From assembly GCF_006345805.1 (NCBI RefSeq), contig NC_043021.1, forward strand, positions 28,396,001 to 28,460,000: a stretch of DNA of 64,000 nt, in the 5' to 3' direction. Of the stretch, positions 12,277 through 25,478 are shown piece by piece. The position numbers were made by a program, and so were the translations under genes. Numbering within the stretch: the stretch's first letter is position 1; each line of letters begins with the position of its first letter. The notes beneath the pieces are model-generated. The model saw only the letters and a list, made by a program, of their open reading frames with translations, was not told the DNA's origin and did no database searches. The DNA comes from Octopus sinensis (lineage: Eukaryota).

Positions 12277-12857
12277 CAGCACGAATCACAATTTCTAGAA
12301 GAGAGTACGACATTAAAAATAAGTCCTTTCAGTATTTCAGGCGATAAGGTGCGAATCATTTAGTTAACCATTCTAGCAGATCAAGGGCCTTCGCCAAGAT
12401 TCTCGCACCGACAATATACTTTGCGTCATCAAATTTTCTCTGTTTCCTCCGTAAATATTCTGTTGCCAGTTGAGTTCTTAATAAAGTCTGCTATAAATTT
12501 TATCATAGTAGACATTAAAATGGTGGACAGATTCAAAGGCTTCAATAAAGAAGAGTGTCAACATTTAAAGTTTCATTTCAATGAATGGAGATAAATATTC
12601 GGAGAAATATCGTGTCTTGCCTTCTGTTGTATATATTTACAAACCACCGATGGGTTTTAAAAACAATATTGTGGTAGTGTCTCATTTTTAACATTTTGTT
12701 GCTTTATATGTTATACGTACCCACTCACATATACGTACTTATTCGTATACAAATATATAGGTATATATATATTCAGGTATAAGTATGAATGTATGTATGC
12801 ATATATATATATATGTATATATATACATATACATACATACATACATACATACATACA

Positions 12858-12889
<32 letters not shown>

Positions 12890-12934
12890 CATATATATGT
12901 ATATATATATATAATAACAAAATGATAAATAAAA

Positions 12935-13151
12935 CATATGTATATATATACATGCATATATGGGTACAGGACACAAAAAAACGTCGAACACAATGAGAAA
13001 CAAAAACATAAAAACAAAAGCAAAGAAACGGACATTTTTGTAAACAACGAAAAAACAGAGTAAAAGACATACAACACAGGAAAATTCCCCTTCTTCAGCC
13101 GCCTCGGTTTCGTCTACTCCGTGTTTCGGAATATGCATCTACGTATGTGTA

Positions 13152-13200
<49 letters not shown>

Positions 13201-14406
13201 GTAGCATTATGATATATATATATATAATATAAATGTATGCATATATATATAATATATATAAAATATTATTCGAGACAAAACCACTATTTTGCAAAACAAA
13301 AAGAGGAAAGACTTAATCAATACATAAAATTTTAATAAATAGTCAAAAAAACCGCCACTACAATCGTTTCTTGTCTTGATCGACAATCTTCAGGTGGACT
13401 TCCAATCTAAAAAATCAATATTTTAAAATATAAAAATAATAATTTTAAAATAATTAAAGTATGAATGAAAAAATATAAGTATATAATCCATATATAACCT
13501 ATCTATAATCCATATATAATCAATATATAAACAATATATAAACTAAAAAAACCTATCAACAATTAAATATAAAATATAAAATATAAAATATAAAATATAA
13601 AATATAAAACAACAAAAAAAAATAATAATATAATAATAAACTATATATACACCCATACGCATATACCTAATTATATATAACCATATCTAACTACATACAC
13701 TAAATCACACACCTATATATATCCCTATACATACACATAAAAATGTCTAGGCAACTATAAATAAATAAAATAGCTAAATACTTCAACACAATACTTATTC
13801 ATACTCCCACACACACACACATACAACCCACATTCACGCTCTAGAAAACGGACATCACTCAAAACTATGAACGGAGAAATAGAATAAATGGAATTAAAAA
13901 TTATATTCACTTGGTAAAACGAAACTACTTAAAAATTATGAATGAAACAATGCAATAAAACAACAGACATCGCAAATAGACACAAATTACTACAAATTCC
14001 TTATCAAACCTACCATGATAACCAAAACTCATAAAAACATATAATGATAAAATCTCCCTTTACTAAACTCTATAACAAACCTATATAGCAATCCCCCTAA
14101 CCTAAACATTCACACACAAATACACACACGTAAACCACACACCCACATATGTATATATATACATGCATATATGGGTACAGGACACAAAAAACGTCGAACA
14201 CAATGAGAAACAAAAACATAAAAACAAAAGCAAAGAAACGGACATTTTTGTAAACAACGAAAAAACAGAGTAAAAGACATACAACACAAGGAAAATTCCC
14301 CTTCTTCAGCCGCCTCGGTTTCGTCTACTCCGTGTTTCGAATATGCATCTACGTATGTGTATGAATATTATATATATATTATATATATATATATATATAA
14401 TATATA

Positions 14407-14439
<33 letters not shown>

Positions 14440-14509
14440 AATGTATGCATAATATATATATATATAATATATAAAATATTATTCGAGACAAAACCACTAT
14501 TTTGCAAAA
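12935..14509. mobile_element. Penelope-like composite with ~360-bp direct repeats (12935-13296 and 14146-14509)
   Basis: Near-identical GGGTACAGGACAC...CTTCTTCAGCCGCC...(TA)n...CGAGACAAAACCACTATTTTGCAAAA blocks; same unit at 33137-33717 and, more diverged, at 1041-1150. Confidence 0.65.
13355..13397 (-). ncRNA. Minimal type I hammerhead ribozyme, intact core
   Basis: Reverse complement CCAC-CTGAAGA-TTGTC-GATCAA-GACAA-GAAAC-GATT-GTA-GTGG; all three stems and all core residues present. Confidence 0.75.
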
Positions 14510-15897
14510 AAATCAGTAACAATTGCTGAAATATCTATATTGTTTGATTCGTAGTTTTATTAAATTTAGATTTAAATAATTTCAAATTCGTGAAGCCGAG
14601 TTATAACCTTCTTTTATGTTATCAATGTATTTGTGATTGGCGTAAAGCCACGTGATCTGCCACGCAGTATTATTCATATTTTACTGCTTGAGCCATGAAG
14701 AAGTTACTTCTGAGGTGTCGTTCACCTGCTTCATGTAACAATCAACCCTCGTTGTAATCGTATCCATTTTTTCTATATATATAAATGTATGCATATATAT
14801 ATATATATATACACACCAATATGTATATATATACATAAATACACACTCGCATATATAAATACATACACATCTGTATATATACATATTTGTGTGTAAATGT
14901 GTGTGTGTATGTGCGTGTGTATGTGCGTGTGTGTTTGTTTCTCAATACGTCAGATTATAAACTCATTAATGTCTGGTTAGCTACAGTGATATAGACAAAG
15001 CATTATATGCATACGTTTGTTTATGTTTGCGCGTTTGATGACATCTCTGGGGCAACTAACCCGGTATGACCACGGTCCCATCAAGCAAGAACATGAGGTA
15101 AGCAAACAAACAAACCAACAAACAATCCATGCCATCGAGCGATTAAAACAAACGAACACCTCAATTTGGAGACAAGTTTTACCTAAAATCCTTTATCTGT
15201 GCTTCTGAGACAAATGGCAGTAAGTGGGCAAGTTATCTACAAAGATGGTCGAATTTTCTTCAATAGGCTGAAGTCTGCTACAAGGAAGCTTAGGACCAGA
15301 TAGCTTCTTTAAACTGTGGGACGGTTTTAAATCAATCACCTGAGAAGAATTACATTCTTTTCCATGGACTTCCATACAGTAACTATGTACCAGTTGTTAC
15401 TAATCTTTAGTGTAGAATAGGATTCGCTGGAAGATTGGAGCTCGAAGTAACGCGAAGTGTGATCGAGCAAAAACGGACGTTGCTTTGCAAAAAATATGTT
15501 CGATGGATTGACAGAACCATTAACGTCGAAAAAAACAACCTACAATGTTTTTTTATGCCTTTCTGATGCTCTGCGATCAAATCCTTGTGAGGTGATTTTA
15601 GCATTTCGTCCTTGTGGTATCGATAAAATAATTTATCAGTAAAGTAATGAGTGCGACGTCATCGGCTAACACATAATTATCAAAACTGTTCGGGTAATTG
15701 TTTTCGCACAGAAAATCTACTTTAAAAAATACGTGCTTCTTGTCATGTACATTGACAAAATAGACGGAAAACTGCTTGCTACCTCCTCCTAACAATGCAA
15801 TTTAGGATGGCATACACAATTTTAGCACGCTATGAAACTTTTCCTATCCACAAACACACACACACACACGCACATACACACACACACAGATAGACAA

Positions 15898-15939
<42 letters not shown>

Positions 15940-16065
15940 GTGTATATAAGTATGTATATGTATGCATATGCATACATGTTTATGTATGTATGCATATATT
16001 TATATAATCCTCATGTATACATATGCACATACATACACATACATACATACGTACAAACATACAAC

Positions 16066-16156
<91 letters not shown>

Positions 16157-16602
16157 GGATAGATAAATAGATATTGCATCTAAAAGCTATGTAACATTCT
16201 AGGTGACAATAGTATGAAAAAAGTTGAATGAAGAAAAGTTCTCTGGCGTTGCGTAACATTTGCTTTGTTGAATGTGCGCAGATTAATTGCATTGTAGCTA
16301 ACCAAAAAAGAAAAAAAACATAAAAGAAGAAATAAAAAGAGACTTTGGATGTGACGTAAAGAATGTCAACTGCAGGAGATATCAACACGAACTTGAAAAC
16401 CAATTAAATAATCGAACAGAGAATATTCGATGTAGTACTGTAGAGAGAGAGGATGTTACATAGTTAATGGTATTGCAAGAGTAATAACAGATGTGTTGGC
16501 ACTGGTAATGTAGCAGATCGCTACAGCGTGTCGAACAAACTCGCTTATAGTATTTGACTGCTATTTCAAATGGGCTCTGGCATGGTTATTTGTATTTCAG
16601 GT

Positions 16603-16925
16603 GAAGGCACGTGGCTTAGTGGTTAGGGGTATTCGGGGCACGATCGTAAGGTCGTCAGTTCTACTCCCAGCGGTTCGTTGTGTCCTTAAGCAAGATATTT
16701 TATTCCCCGTTTCTCCTCTCCACTCAGCTGGCAAATGCGAGTTGTATCCGTATTTCAAATAATCAGCCTCGTCATATTCTGTGTCACGACGAATCTTTCT
16801 GAGAACTACGTTATGGGTGCGCATGTCCGCGTATAGCTCAGACACTCGCGCATTAATTTCACGAACTAACTGTTCCATTGATTCGATGAATTGGAACCCT
16901 CGTCTTGTAACCGACAGGGTGCCAT
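16603..16925 (+). mobile_element. tRNA-derived SINE, family D (own head and core; 3' half shared with family C)
   Basis: A-box-like GTGGCTTAGTGG, GTTGTGTCCTTAAGCAAGA core, tail TGTGTCACG..GAGAACTACGTTA..TTAATTTCACGA..GGAACCCTCGTC..GTAACCGAC. Confidence 0.7.
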
Positions 16926-17184
16926 TTTTCAAATGCTACAGACAAATATTCACCAAATCATAAAATCTCGTTGGCTTCAAAAATTTAATAGAAAAAAGGA
17001 GGAAAACACTTTCGATGATAGATTCCTGCGTGTAATCTCAGTAGTAAGTCAGATGAGAAAGTGTTTATGGGAACATATTTGACCATGGGTTCTTTTTCAA
17101 CTCCTAACGACCAACGAGAAACAGCTTGCTGTATTCTGCGTTCAAATCTCGCACCCAGTAGTCAATGAAATATTGATGTCAAAT

Positions 17185-17570
17185 CCTAAGTACAAGGCCA
17201 GCGGAGGAGAGATAAGTCGATTATATCGACTCCAGTACTCAACTGGTACTTATTTTATCGACGCCAAAACGATGAAAGGCAAAGTCTGTCTCGGCAGATT
17301 TTGAACTGAGAGCATAAAGACGGACGAAATGCCGCCAAGCATTTTGCTTGCTAACGATTCTGCCAGCTCACCTCCTTAATATTGCTTACGAATTTTGGCA
17401 CAAAGCCAGTAATTTCGAGGGTGGATTTATGTCGATTACTTCGACCGTAGTACGCAACCGGTACTTTTTCATCGATCTCGAAAGGATTGAAACCTAATGT
17501 CGACCTCGGTGGAATTTGAACTCAGAACGTAATGACGGAGAAAATGTCGCTAAGCATTTTGCTTAGTGGC
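17185..17570 (-). mobile_element. Tandem pair of tRNA-derived SINEs, family B
   Basis: Two successive copies of GTCGAT...GGTACT...ATCGA...GTCGACCTCGG..GAATTTGAACTCAGAA. Confidence 0.75.
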
Positions 17571-18620
17571 CTTTTATTACTCTTCCGAGATGCAGTTTTA
17601 TATACCTAGATTCTGTTGGGGAGTTTCATGTCTGAAACTACTTTCTGTTAAGATATATCAAGTTTATTGAAGTAGCATAAGTTTCAGAAAATACCAATTC
17701 TATTTCTTGGTAGATATTTAACTTTATTATAGAAATAAACATGAAATTTAATTTCACAGCGAAAGACTTCGAATGAAAATTGGATGGCCGAATCAGGAGA
17801 CTGTATTGCATTACTTCTTCCACTACTGAAATTTTGCATATATCTCTTCAGTTCAAATTACTCTGGAATCGACTTCTGATTTTATTTTTTCCGAGATTGG
17901 TAAAATAATTGCTTGGTTATTTGTTTTTGTTTAGCTCCAAATAGAATTATATTTATGATCAAAAAGATTAAATTATCATAATTTCCCAGACATATTCTAT
18001 GCATCTTATACGAGAGTCAATTCGAGAAGGTATCTGAGATAGTATTTACCAATTCGTCACCACTAAAACATTCACCGAATTATAGGAAACGCAGTTCTTA
18101 AAAATGAATGACAGTTATACCTCTGTATGTGTGATAGGGAATAATCTAACGCACATATCAATGGAAACAGCCGTCCTCAATCAGTAAGTTCCGATGGTAT
18201 AGTGAAGAGGTTGTCAAAACTGTCCCTTAACGTATCCGTCCACACCCCCAAATTAATAACATACGATTTGGGGGAAATATAGATACTATTCATTGAAGGT
18301 AAAGGAAATATATAAAGGACTCTCAGATGGTTCCAAAATGTACCAGTTTCATATTTAGGTCGATTTGTTTCGGTGTTCTACATAGCCTGTAAAGAAATGT
18401 ATGAGCCGGCGAACACGAAGTTTCGAGTGATGATACGAACAGGACATATTCGCTCTGACTGGTGTCACTGATAGTCATCTATGGAAAATGTCGAACGCAT
18501 AAATAATGCAAAGATGCGAAGAGTCATTAGTCGAGAAAATATAAGCGCAGAAGAGCAAACAGGCACCTACACACACGTATAGAGACTTTCATGTATATGC
18601 ATATACATAATTCCACCAAG

Positions 18621-18651
<31 letters not shown>

Positions 18652-19194
18652 ACACACACACACACACACTCATACACACACGAGTGACACACTCACACAC
18701 AAGCTGACGCAAACCTACAGACATAACCACTCACGTATATATGAATATGCACTAAACGACGCCGGACATACGTGTGGCTTTTAATCGTAGGCATCGGTCG
18801 GCACACTTTTCGATACATCGCAATGCATAAGCTTATTTGTGTACATATACCTATACAATCATGCGTGTGTGTGTGTGTGTGTGCTTGTGTGTGTGTGTGT
18901 GTGCTTGTGTGTGTGCATGGACACACGCGTGCGCACACACACACGCATATCGAAGAGCCATGCTGGAGACATAACACACCCTCGTGTTTATATCTTAAAC
19001 TGAGTGTCATCCTTATACATTCGCTGCGTACGTGAATGTACCAGGAGGACCAGTTTATTATTTTATCCAATATTTTACCCTCTGAGACACGCACACTTAT
19101 TGCAGTGGTCCTTCAGTTTTCTAAGGCCTGTAAAAGAACTCGGAATTTGTGGCCTCCACCCAGGCCTTTCGCAATACCCATAAAACCAAGACCT

Positions 19195-19280
<86 letters not shown>

Positions 19281-19304
19281 CATATATATATACATATATA
19301 TATA

Positions 19305-19530
19305 TATAAAGTTAATCCAAACAAGAAAGCACAAAAAAACACAACAACACGAGGACGTGGAACAAATATAGTATTATTGGACCATCAGAAAAAAAGGAAA
19401 GAAGGAGGGTTTAACGTTTCGAGCGTAGCTCTTCGTCGGAAACATAGGAGAAGGAAAGATCTAGAGAAGGGAAGACAGAGGAAAAAAAATCGCCAACGGT
19501 ACACACGCGGTCACATTTGAAAGACCGGAA
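19305..19530 (-). mobile_element. Penelope-like terminal unit containing a hammerhead motif at 19409-19443 (U4C)
   Basis: Reverse complement GTTT-CCGACGA-A-GAGC-TAC-GCTC-GAAAC-GTT-AAAC; flanks related to 6955-7160. Confidence 0.6.
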
Positions 19531-19538
19531 ATTTACGT

Positions 19539-19621
<83 letters not shown>

Positions 19622-19932
19622 TATGTATACATATATATATACATATATATATATATGTATGTATATGTATATATATAAATGTGTGTGTTTATGAGTGGGT
19701 GGCACTCCACATATTTAGTAGGAGTTATATGTTTAATACCAGTTTGGCTCATCTCCATACAACAACTAGAGTCCGACTATTACTAAGTAAACGGGTGCTT
19801 GTGTGTAGGAATTTCGAGGTACGTATTTCAGTGAGTACGCACGTGTTTCGACCAGTAACATTCTTCCGCAGAGCATTCAATTGTCACGTGCAAAGAGACG
19901 CACATACGATTTTAATTAATAACCGAGTATTA

Positions 19933-20162
19933 AGGCGGCGGGCTGGCATATACGTTAGCACTCCGGGCGAAATGCTTCGCAATATTTTCTGTGTCCTTAC
20001 GTTTTGAGTTCAAATTCCGCCGAGGTCGACTTTACTTTTCATCCTTTCGGGGTCGATAAATGAGCACCAGTTACGCACTGAGGTCGATGTAATCGACTTA
20101 ATCCCTTTCTCTGTCCTTGTTAGTACCCTGCATATTTAGCACATTGTGGGCAATAAATAAAT
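19933..20162 (+). mobile_element. tRNA-derived SINE, family B
   Basis: GGCGGCGGGCTGGC head, GAGTTCAAATTCCGCCGAGGTCGAC, TTGTGGGCAATAAA tail. Confidence 0.85.
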
Positions 20163-20249
20163 ATAACACTGTCTGACCGATAAACAAGTCATACACACTT
20201 TCAAGAAAACATCTTTGTGCGATCTTAGTATATTATTTATGAATGTGTT

Positions 20250-20278
<29 letters not shown>

Positions 20279-20280
<2 letters not shown>

Positions 20281-20377
20281 TGCGTGGCACATTAGGCATG
20301 TCTTCTACTATAGCCTCGAACCAGCAAAAGCGTTGTGAGTGGACCTGGTGGACGGAAAGTGAAAGAAGCCCGTCGTA
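20279..20377 (+). mobile_element. SINE family A fragment
   Basis: TGTCTTCTACTATAGCCTCG...GAAAGAAGCCCGTCG. Confidence 0.7.
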
Positions 20378-20720
20378 TATATATATATATACGTATATAT
20401 TTGTGTGTATGAGTGTCTGCATGTAAATATATATATATATGTAAAGTATATATATATATATAAATGCTCACAGATGCTCATGAATCATATGTACATACAT
20501 ACATACATACATATAACCTAAAGCGCGTGAGGACGTATAGAAAATCCATCTTCGTCTTTTTAACATAAAATATTCATATAATCTTTATTCTTTGTTCTTG
20601 TATTTGTCAATGTCGTGGGGTCGACATTGAATAACATTATTCATTCACCGTCAAATACAATCCAACATATACGCACATTACATACATTTAAACTCACGCA
20701 TTCACATATAGATACTTATA

Positions 20721-21560
20721 CCGAGTGTTATTGGTAAATTGTCGCCGTGTTATATTTTTTTCCGAAATGTATGCTTTTGATTTTGTCGACTACAGTGTAT
20801 GGTAGGGTCTGTTGGGCACCGTCTGTGAGAAAAACAGCACCATAGCCCAATTCACACTGCCAGAAATTTGGAAATGACATGCTGTTCTGCTCAGCATTCG
20901 CGCCGGAAGCTCCAATACGAATATTTCAGAGTGTTGAGGACATTGTAGTCTGAAGGCATGTACCGAGAGTGATAAAATTCAAACATCCAGTCAACATCAT
21001 CGTGTTTGGAGTGATTACTAGTGATGATGACGTTATGCTTCCATTCATCTCCGCACACAGCTTCAGACTCAACACGGAGGCCTTCATGAAGTACCTGCAG
21101 GAGGCAATACAGCCTGGGAAAAAGCGGGGTGGGGGTGCGGGAAGACGCTATATCTGGTAACAGGACTCTATACCATGCGACACAAACAGGAGAAACCAGC
21201 CATGACTGTCAGACAATTTCTGCGACATCACCGCAAAAATCTGGCCATCTAACACCCCATACTGCATCCTCATTAATTATTATGTGTGAGACGAAGAAAA
21301 CACATTGTAACACCAAAGATGATCTGAAGGCAAGAATTATGTCAGCATTCACCACCTTAAACAAGGAAACCGTCCATACAAGATGCAGGAGATTCCGAAG
21401 TCGTCTGGAGGCTGTGGAGGAAGCCAACGGCGATCTTATGGAATAAATCTACTCTTTAGTATTTTATAATATTTTAAATTTTGGTAAATATATCTGTTAA
21501 AATGAGATATCAGTGTTAACATTTTAGTGTTATTTTGATGACAGTTTATTCACCGCACCC
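20721..21560 (+). mobile_element. Decayed, internally deleted DD37D (maT/Bmmar1-like) Tc1/mariner element
   Basis: Remnant 20945-21446 across frames: KFKHPVNIIVFGVITSD..MLPFI...YIW*QDS.PC...LSDNFCD...IWPSN.P.C...NYYV...CNTKDDLKARIMSAF..LNKETV...CRRFRSRLEAVEEANGD; 3' end GACAGTTTATTCACCGCACCC-TA; weak 5' TIR match near 20721. Confidence 0.75.
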
Positions 21561-21570
21561 TATATATGTA

Positions 21571-22805
21571 CGAGGGACGTTCAATAAGTAATGCTCCTGA
21601 CCCACTTGCAATTATTTGATCTAGCTGAAATTTTGCATGTGCAATTATTTATATCTCTATAGATTAAGTGGCAAATTACAGCTCTGGACTAATTGCGGTT
21701 TCTGATTTACAGGTGTTTGAACTGAGTCAAGTATGAAATGGAGCCTGTTGAGTGTCGAGCAGTGATCCGCTTTTTGTATTTGAAAGGACGTACACCACGG
21801 AAGACTTTTGATGAAATGAAAGTAACTTATGGTGAGGATGCCCCATCATATGACCTTGTAAAACGCTGGCATCGTGAATTTAAACATGGTCGGAACTCTG
21901 TGGAAACAGCTCCCAGATCTGGTCGCCCCCTTTCTGCCATTGATGAGGCATCTGTCCGTCAAGTTGAGGCTGCCATTTTGGAAGATCGACGCATAACTAT
22001 TCGCAAAATAGCCCATGAGGTCAAGATTAGTACCGGGTCTGTGGAAACTATCATTCATGACCATTTGGATATGCAAAAGGTGTCTGCAAGATGGATTCCC
22101 AGGTTGCTCACACCTTTCCAGAAGCAAGAACGCGTCGAGTGCACGAGGATGAATTTGGAGATGTGCCAAGAAGATGAGTCAAAATTCTTCAAAAGACTGA
22201 TAACACGGGATGAAACCTGGGGCCATCACTATGATCCAGAGACCAAAGCTCAGTCAATGCAGTGGAAGCACCGTGACTCACCTCCTCCAAAGAAGGCAAG
22301 GGTACAGCCCTCCGCTGGCAAGGTCATGCTCACAGTCTTCTGGTACCAGGACGGAGTAGTGATGACAGATTTCCTGGCAAAGGGTACCACAATTACAGGA
22401 GCCTATTATGCTTCACTTTTGAGGAAATTAAGAGAAGCTATCAAAATCAAGAGGCGGGGCAAGATCAGCAAAGGCATCCTCCTCCTGCAGGACAACGCTC
22501 CGGTCCACAACTCGCTTGTCGCCAGATCAGAAGCACAGGCGTGCGGCTATGAACTCCACCCAATCCCCCCTACTCTCCTGACCTTGCACCCTCGGATTTT
22601 CACCTCTTCCCAGCCATGAAGTTGTTTTTGGAGGACCAAGCTGGGGTCTTCTACAAAAACGGTCTCCAGAGCTGCATCAAACGATGAGAGAAATGCGTAA
22701 CTCTGGGTGTTTCCTATGTAGACAAAGACTAATAACTGTGCCAGGTTTCGTTGCTCTATTGCTATAGGAAGTGGGTCAGGGGCATTACTTATTGAACGCC
22801 CCTCG
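21571..22805 (+). mobile_element. Mariner DNA transposon (DD34D), 1235 bp, 37-bp TIRs, TA target duplication
   Basis: TA|CGAGGGACGTTCAATAAGTAATGCTCCTGACCCACTT ... AAGTGGGTCAGGGGCATTACTTATTGAACGCCCCTCG|TA (2 mismatches). Confidence 0.95.
21738..22732 (+). pseudogene. Mariner transposase pseudogene
   Basis: HTH N-terminus, WIPRLL, TRDETW, LLQDNAPVH; frameshift before PPYSPDLAPSDFHLF; apparent deletion after MKLFL; in-frame TGA at KR*EKC. Confidence 0.93.
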
Positions 22806-22829
22806 TATATATATATATATATATATTTA

Positions 22830-22941
22830 ATCGGCCCGGCCCACAACAGACGAAGACACTTGCGCGAGGTGCCGCACAGTGAGACTGAACTCGGAAACAT
22901 TTGGTTGGGAAGCTAACTGCTTTCCACATAGGCGCACCTGT
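22830..22941 (-). mobile_element. SINE family A 5' fragment
   Basis: Reverse complement of the head plus GTTCAGTCTCACTGTGCGGCACC. Confidence 0.65.
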
Positions 22942-22955
22942 ACATGTATATATAT

Positions 22956-23166
22956 TTTCATTATTTGTTTCAGTCATTTGACTGCGGCCATGCTGAAGCA
23001 CCGCTTTAAAAATGGTAGTCGAAGAAATCGCTCCTAGGACTTATTCTTTGTAAGCTTAGTACTTATTCTATCGGTCTCTTTGGCCTAACCGCTATGTTAC
23101 GGTGATATAAACACACCAGTTGTCAGGCGATGGCAGGGAAACAAACAAAGAAAGACACACACACAG

Positions 23167-23205
<39 letters not shown>

Positions 23206-23241
23206 AACAAACTAAACACACACACACATGCACACAAACAC

Positions 23242-23273
<32 letters not shown>

Positions 23274-23447
23274 ACACACACACACACATATATACGACGA
23301 GATTCCGTCTACCAAATCCACTCACAAGGCTTTGGTCGGCCCGAGGGTATAGCAGAAAACACCTGCCCAAGGCCCCACGGTGTGGAACTGAACCCAGAAC
23401 CATGTGATTGGGAAACATGCTTCTTACCGCACAGATGCGCCTGCGCC
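22956..23447 (-). mobile_element. tRNA-derived SINE, family A
   Basis: Full head, body, internal (CA)n and tail on the minus strand. Confidence 0.85.
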
Positions 23448-23964
23448 TACACATACATTATACAGTGATATACAAGACAAAACATAAGTAATGGTCATTA
23501 CACATATATTTATTTATTGTAGTATATTTGTTTTACAGCTGTTTCCAGTAGGTTTCAGAGGTTCGTTATTGACAGACTTACCCAGTCGGTTCATTAATCA
23601 TTTAAGAAAAATTGAACGACCTACAAAGGGAAAGCTACTTTCGTCAGAATCATTTCTGGTTACAGCCATGCAGAACATCGAAAGATTGTCCCTCACTACT
23701 AAATCTCCTTTGCATATTATGTGTGTGTGTATATATATATATGCATATACATATGTATATGTATATGTATATGTATATGAGCAGGGGACATACGTGTATA
23801 TAAGTATACATCCTCAATTACACACGGATATGTTTTCGTGTGCAGTTCTGTGTCTGTGTGTCTGTGTGCGTGCGAGAGAGAGAGAGGGTGAAAGAGAAAA
23901 GACTGTGTGTATGTATGATTTTGCGCATGCACGCGTTTGAATACTTACGTGCCATCTTACACAT

Positions 23965-23977
23965 GATTATATATCTA

Positions 23978-24049
<72 letters not shown>

Positions 24050-24163
24050 CATCTATCCATCTATCATCTATCTATCTATCTACTATCTATCTATCTATCT
24101 CTATCTATCTATCTATCCATCTACCATCTATCTATCCATCTATCCATCTATCCATCTATCTAT

Positions 24164-24199
<36 letters not shown>

Positions 24200-24207
24200 C
24201 TATCTCC

Positions 24208-24244
<37 letters not shown>

Positions 24245-24293
24245 GAGAGAGAGAGACAGACAGACAGATATAGATAATATATATATATATATA

Positions 24294-24389
<96 letters not shown>

Positions 24390-24390
24390 T
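23965..24390. repeat. (ATCT)n / (TC)n / (TA)n / (AGAT)n compound microsatellite
   Basis: Directly visible. Confidence 0.9.
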
Positions 24391-24965
24391 AAATATGCCT
24401 TTACATATCATATGCCGCACCCTTACAAAGAAGCTAATGCAATCTCTAATAACAATATATTGATATTAATCTGCAAATAAGATATTTGGCTTCCAGCACA
24501 GAAACATGGAATAAACCGTGACAGTAGGTTTTACAAATGATATACAATGACACACAAGTTGTGTTTATACACGCTGTTTACAGATATATGGATACTAATA
24601 TATTACGGAGAATATAGGATGAGGTGGAGAATTACACCCAGTTCGATAATATATCTTGCAAAATGTGTGCATGGTTCTCTTTGAACTTGAAGCTCCACAA
24701 ACACGCCTGCTGAGGTGTGTGCTCCTGAAAGCAAACCGATTCTAATGCATGCGTATATGTTTGTATACACACACACAGAGGCATACGCATATATGTATAT
24801 ATGCATATATGTATATATGTATATATGTATATATATATATACATACATACATATATATATATATATAATGTATGTATATATACATATACATTATACATAT
24901 ATATACATATATATATATATATGCATATATTTATGTTTGTGTGTGTGAGTGTGTGTATGTGTGTG

Positions 24966-25108
24966 TGTGTGGTAAGAAGCTTGCTTCTCAACCACATGGT
25001 TCCGGGTTCAGTTCCACTGCGTGGCAAATTGGTCTTCTACTATAGCTTCGGGCCGACCAAAGGCTTGTGAGTGGATTTGGTAGACGGAAACTGAAAGGAG
25101 TCCCTCGA

Positions 25109-25171
<63 letters not shown>

Positions 25172-25368
25172 TATGTTCGTTCCACAACATCGCTTGACAG
25201 CCGTTGGTGTTGTGTTTACGTCCCCGTAATTTAGCGGCTCGGCATACTATCCCAATAGAATAAGTACAAGACTTACAAAGAATAAGTGCTGGGTGGATTT
25301 ACTCGACTAAAGGCGGCGCTCCAGCATGGCCGCAGTCAAATGACTGAAACAAGTAAAAGAATACAAGA
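24966..25368 (+). mobile_element. tRNA-derived SINE, family A
   Basis: GTGGTAAGAAGCTTGCTT..GGGTTCAGTTCCACTGCG..GGATTTGGTAGACGGAAACTGAAAG..CCAGCATGGCCGCAGTCAAATGACTGAAAC. Confidence 0.85.
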
Positions 25369-25478
25369 ATAAAAGCAGAAGCAAAACAGCTCGTTATAAT
25401 ATTTCTGTAAGAGATGAATATATTTACAAATATATATTCATATGTACACACATACATACACACACACTTGTATATATA

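Noticed and set aside
13080-13135. GAAAC...CTGAAGA on the minus strand as a type II hammerhead (also 14290, 33340, and 1045-1090 on the plus strand)
   Set aside because: No stem I can be formed between a valid NUH and the core.
15598-15795. VLADDVALI resembling an RT YADD motif
   Set aside because: Surrounding RT motifs not recognisable; a single short match.
18427-18471. Box C (GTGATGA) and box D (CTGA) pair
   Set aside because: Too short for a C/D snoRNA and no terminal stem.
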